Both the position numbers and the translations under genes were made by a program. A stretch of 32,000 nt of DNA from a cyanobacterium endosymbiont of Epithemia turgida isolate EtSB Lake Yunoko (GTDB lineage Bacteria > Cyanobacteriota > Cyanobacteriia > Cyanobacteriales > Microcystaceae): positions 1,800,001 to 1,832,000 of the forward strand of contig NZ_AP012549.1 in NCBI RefSeq assembly GCF_000829235.1, read 5' to 3'. The notes below the pieces were generated by a model. That model was given only the letters and a program-made list of their open reading frames with translations. It did not search any database and was not told the DNA's origin. Shown here piece by piece: positions 28,729 to 32,000 of this stretch. Positions within the stretch are counted from its first letter, which is position 1; every line of letters starts with the position of its first letter.

Positions 28729-29671
28729 AGCTTATGGGTTAACGGTAACGGAAACGTCGATTAACATGAGCACTGAAGAACAACTGAGGGTATAAACAAT
28801 AAATAAATAGCTCAATTTATCGAAAATACTTAATTTTAAGACTATTATTGCCCCAAATACAGTCAACCCGTATATTGATACAGTTGCCCAAAAAGCAGAG
28901 GTAAGGCAAGTTTATACCCACTTTATAATCATAATTATATTCGGTTTTCTGGGAGCGAAGAAGATAGTCATATTAAAATGTTGTGGGCTAATCCTTGCAC
29001 CATTTTAAAGAGTTTAACGATTGAGTAACAGAGTAATCAGAAAGAATATTGCCAATCAATCTTCCTTATATTCTCATGCAGTATAAGAACCTATGACTTT
29101 ATTAGTTAATTCAAGGTGAAGATTTTTAGAGAGTCTCTTTTCTGTATATTTAATGGTGAATAATTGAGCAGAGCAAATAATTTAACTAAAAAATTAAATC
29201 TGGATCTTCTAAATTAGGTATGATAAATCAGTAGCTGATAATTTCCAAGACTCTTATTTTGAATATATTCTGTAACTCTAAAAATTTTCTTCTTATAGAA
29301 GTATAAGTTAAGTTTTTATAATCTTAGAAAGATTGTAAAGTAAGATTTTCAGCTTGTGTTTATTATGATTTTTTCACGGCTGGTCTGAAAAAGTCATCAT
29401 TGTTTTAGGTACATTTTATCGCCTCGCCTTGGCTAGATTAGCTCCTTCTACTATTCAAGTTAGCTCTCACTATAATCCATTTAACTAATCAGCATTCGTT
29501 TAACAAATATTTCTGTATAACCCAGGAAGCCTTGCAAGGGTAGCTTTATTTTGCTGAACCCCTGTCTTAATCTCCTCGCAATTGTGGTTGTTTTCGGTCG
29601 CACCTATTGTGGGAGCGATGTTAGTAGTATAGCTATACAAAAGTTTTTTTTGAACCTAGAGGTAACCTTAA

Positions 29672-31435
29672 TTGAACCCGGAGAAGTTCCTCAAAATAGT
29701 GCTTAATCAATTAACAATTGTCTCTAGATTTTTTCTGATGTACATAAATACTGATCAAATTTTAGTTGAACAAAGTTCCTTTGCTACAACTTTCAGGCAT
29801 AATGAAAAAGCAACTGAGGTTAGCGAGCGACTCAAAATGCCTATGCCTTCTTCCCCCAGTCGTCCATATAAAAGTAAACTTTTCAATTTCGTGAATCGTC
29901 AGTCCTTAGAGTTACGTGATAATCTAGTCCGTGTTGTCCGACATCTAAGGGTTATGGCTGAGTGGGGAACGCAAATTTTTGTTTATCCATTGTACTTGTT
30001 TGTGCAAGCAAGCCGAACAGTTCGACGGCAATTGGGACAAACTGTTGAAGAAATTTGCTTATCTTCTGAGGAAATTTCTTCTTTTCCCTTGAATAGTGAT
30101 CGTCCCCTAAATAAAGTTTTACAAAAAATTGAACCTTGGTTGGACTCTTCCGAATTTCTATTGGGGAAAGAAGTTACACAGACAGAAACTGACAGCGGTA
30201 ATTTGGCTCGAAAGTTCACAATTAAAGGAATTGCTAGTGTTTTAGATAGCAGTTGTCTAGTGTTAGTTAAGTCAAACAATCAAACGGTTGATCTTCTTTC
30301 CCCTAGTCAACAAAAAATTCTTCAAAAGCTTATTCAAGTAGAAACTGCTAACTATTGCTACGATCGTCGTTTCAAACTAGCTCAATCTCGCAAAACTCCT
30401 GGCTTAATCTCTAACTTTTCTACTAACTCCCAAAATGTATTACCTCCAGTACGCTGGTTTTGGCAAAGAATGCGATGGATGCAAACAAGTCCAATAGCAA
30501 CAAGACTTAATCTATTTGGGGAATCTTTTTTAAGAGTTAGAATTGAGCATCAGCTAGTCAGCAGTGTAGTGAAACAATCATCTAATTTTAATGTTGAACA
30601 CCTAAAAAACTTTACTCAAACAGGAACAGACTATTTTCACAGAAAATCTCAATCAAAAAAATTATTCTCTGAAACTAATCAATTAATTAATATCTGTTCA
30701 ATAGGTAAGTTAAAAAGATCGTCTTCTCTACAAAAGAGACCTGAATTATTTGAATATAATATCATTAGTTCTAGTGTAAAAATAATTAAAAAGATTAGAA
30801 AAAAGCTACAGCAATCAATCAAATCATCTTTGATAGAAGAAAAAAACAACCCGTTTCAACTTAAAATATTTATTTTTGCTGCTATTGATTACCTTCTTGG
30901 CAAGAAAACTTCTAATCTTCGATTAAAACCAAAGCAATCTATTAAAACTATTAAATCTAATTTTTTATTTCCCAACTTTGGCCCACATAAATATGAATTA
31001 ATTAATGAAGATCTCGATGATCTCTGGTTATCTTGGGATGATCTTTATGCAGAAGAAAAAACTTCTAACTCATTGAAAAATTTAACTGATCCACCCATGG
31101 CTTTATCACGAGCTTATAAAGAAGAAACTAACTTAGATAAATCTTTAAAAGAAGATATAAAAGTACTTCTTAAACACCAGAATAAGCGGAGAGAGAACAA
31201 AAAAAATAAGAAGCTTAAACCTGTTGCTATATCTGTCTCTGACGTGAAACCAAAACAGGATTTTATTGGTATAATTCAATCTACTTATCCCGCCGTCATT
31301 GAAACCGAAGCTAAGTCTACGGGGTATGTTAAACATCCCTTAGAGAATATATTAGGATGGCTTGACATGATTATTTCTTGGCTAGAAAGATTAGGAAGTA
31401 AACTATGGGAAGCATTACGAAAGTTAACTAAATAG
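29672..31435 (+). CDS. Hypothetical protein, 587 codons, Lys/Ser/Asn-rich
   Basis: A long open frame in AT-rich DNA is unlikely by chance. It is listed from TTG, and in-frame ATGs at codons 23, 55 and 57 are candidate true starts. There is one hydrophobic segment (WGTQIFVYPLYLFVQA) and an amphipathic C-terminus (ILGWLDMIISWLERLGSKLWEALRKL). No domain recognised. Confidence 0.7.
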   Translation: MNPEKFLKIVLNQLTIVSRFFLMYINTDQILVEQSSFATTFRHNEKATEVSERLKMPMPSSPSRPYKSKLFNFVNRQSLELRDNLVRVVRHLRVMAEWGTQIFVYPLYLFVQASRTVRRQLGQTVEEICLSSEEISSFPLNSDRPLNKVLQKIEPWLDSSEFLLGKEVTQTETDSGNLARKFTIKGIASVLDSSCLVLVKSNNQTVDLLSPSQQKILQKLIQVETANYCYDRRFKLAQSRKTPGLISNFSTNSQNVLPPVRWFWQRMRWMQTSPIATRLNLFGESFLRVRIEHQLVSSVVKQSSNFNVEHLKNFTQTGTDYFHRKSQSKKLFSETNQLINICSIGKLKRSSSLQKRPELFEYNIISSSVKIIKKIRKKLQQSIKSSLIEEKNNPFQLKIFIFAAIDYLLGKKTSNLRLKPKQSIKTIKSNFLFPNFGPHKYELINEDLDDLWLSWDDLYAEEKTSNSLKNLTDPPMALSRAYKEETNLDKSLKEDIKVLLKHQNKRRENKKNKKLKPVAISVSDVKPKQDFIGIIQSTYPAVIETEAKSTGYVKHPLENILGWLDMIISWLERLGSKLWEALRKLTK

Positions 31436-31462
31436 TATTAGTGTTTCCTATAATGTTAGGAC

Positions 31463-31493
31463 ACTCTAACTTCACCTTCAATGAAGTTAGAGT
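31463..31493 (+). terminator. Perfect 12-bp stem-loop after the 587-codon ORF
   Basis: actctaacttca / tgaagttagagt with a 7-nt loop, 28 nt after the stop. It is followed by aaaattt rather than a clean U-tract. Confidence 0.45.
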
Positions 31494-31699
31494 AAAATTT
31501 GACTAGGAGTTGGTTGCAAATATCTTTATTGAAACTCAGCAGTATATTCATGAGCTAATTGTGTTCAGCTTCTTTCTACAAAAAAGGTTACACTCAATAT
31601 CTTATGAGAAAAAAAGATAAGCTTTAGGGGTAAAAAAACGCTACTATACTCATAGATAATATATGAACGATAGTATCTTCTAGATATGAGTATATCTAC

Positions 31700-32000
31700 A
31701 TGAGTCAAAGAACCCTATTCGACAAGGTTTGGGATGCCCATACCGTCAAAATTTTACCCTCAGGACAAACCCAACTCTTTATTGGACTCCATCTAATTCA
31801 CGAAGTCACCAGTCCTCAGGCATTCGCTATGTTGCGTGAAAGAGAACTGGAAGTATTGTATCGTAACCGCACTATCGCCACCGTCGATCACATTGTCCCG
31901 ACAGAAAATCAATCTCGTCCATTCGCTGACTATCTGGCCGAAGAGATGATTCAAGCGTTAGAAAGCAACTCTAAAGAGAACGGCATCACTTTCTATGGTA
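31700..32000 (+). CDS. leuC: 3-isopropylmalate dehydratase large subunit, 5' part (runs off the window)
   Basis: Open from ATG 31700 to the window end: [16 protein letters not shown]...[19 protein letters not shown]...TVDHIVPT. This is a typical LeuC/aconitase-family N-terminus. Confidence 0.92.
   Translation, partial: MSQRTLFDKVWDAHTVKILPSGQTQLFIGLHLIHEVTSPQAFAMLRERELEVLYRNRTIATVDHIVPTENQSRPFADYLAEEMIQALESNSKENGITFYG

Noticed and set aside
29983-31336. ORFs 29983-30279 (-) and 31145-31336 (-)
   Set aside because: Antisense to the 587-codon ORF, and much shorter than it.
1-32000. tRNA, rRNA, tmRNA, RNase P or SRP RNA genes, and IS/transposase/integrase genes
   Set aside because: I scanned by eye for T-loop GGTTCGAATCC-type boxes, the RNase P GAGGAAAGTCC box, a tmRNA tag frame, and transposase-like ORFs. 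None was found. Without a covariance-model scan, small RNAs cannot be formally excluded.

Overview
This window looks like chromosomal DNA from an AT-rich cyanobacterium. Support: one HIP1 octamer GCGATCGC at 25022-25029; a cyanobacterial-style gene set (FtsH, HemE, GlmS, MreBCD, short SSB, CAX antiporter, CoaD, LeuC); coding GC well above intergenic GC. I call 21 intact protein genes, almost all housekeeping or envelope-related: ftsH, a stand-alone vWA protein, an MscS-family channel, hemE, an SDR-type epimerase, a P-loop GTPase, a Ca2+/H+ antiporter, glmS, mreB-mreC-mreD, ssb, a GT4 glycosyltransferase plus a sugar-phosphate transferase, coaD, a Gln-rich coiled-coil protein, one 587-aa orphan, and the 5' end of leuC. 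I found no tRNA, rRNA, CRISPR array, transposase, integrase or recognisable multi-gene defence or biosynthetic cluster. I cannot honestly point to a discrete new protein system. The unusual part is the non-coding fraction. By my tally, intact ORFs cover only about 62% of the window. There are four long ORF-free, very AT-rich spacers: 4374-6303, 17428-19013, 24284-25221 and 26442-29671. These spacers contain many perfect palindromes and hairpins, one orphan intrinsic terminator, one strongly T-skewed 600-bp block with a recurring motif, and several decayed gene fragments. The fragments include an ABC-ATPase relic with a readable H-loop, an ORF broken by an in-frame stop, and an ORF pair split at a poly-A run. 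This pattern fits either gene decay or a large pool of non-coding transcripts. Such patterns are reported for low-coding-density cyanobacteria such as Trichodesmium or reduced symbionts, but the taxon is only an inference. All coordinates and motifs were read by eye. No search or folding program was run.
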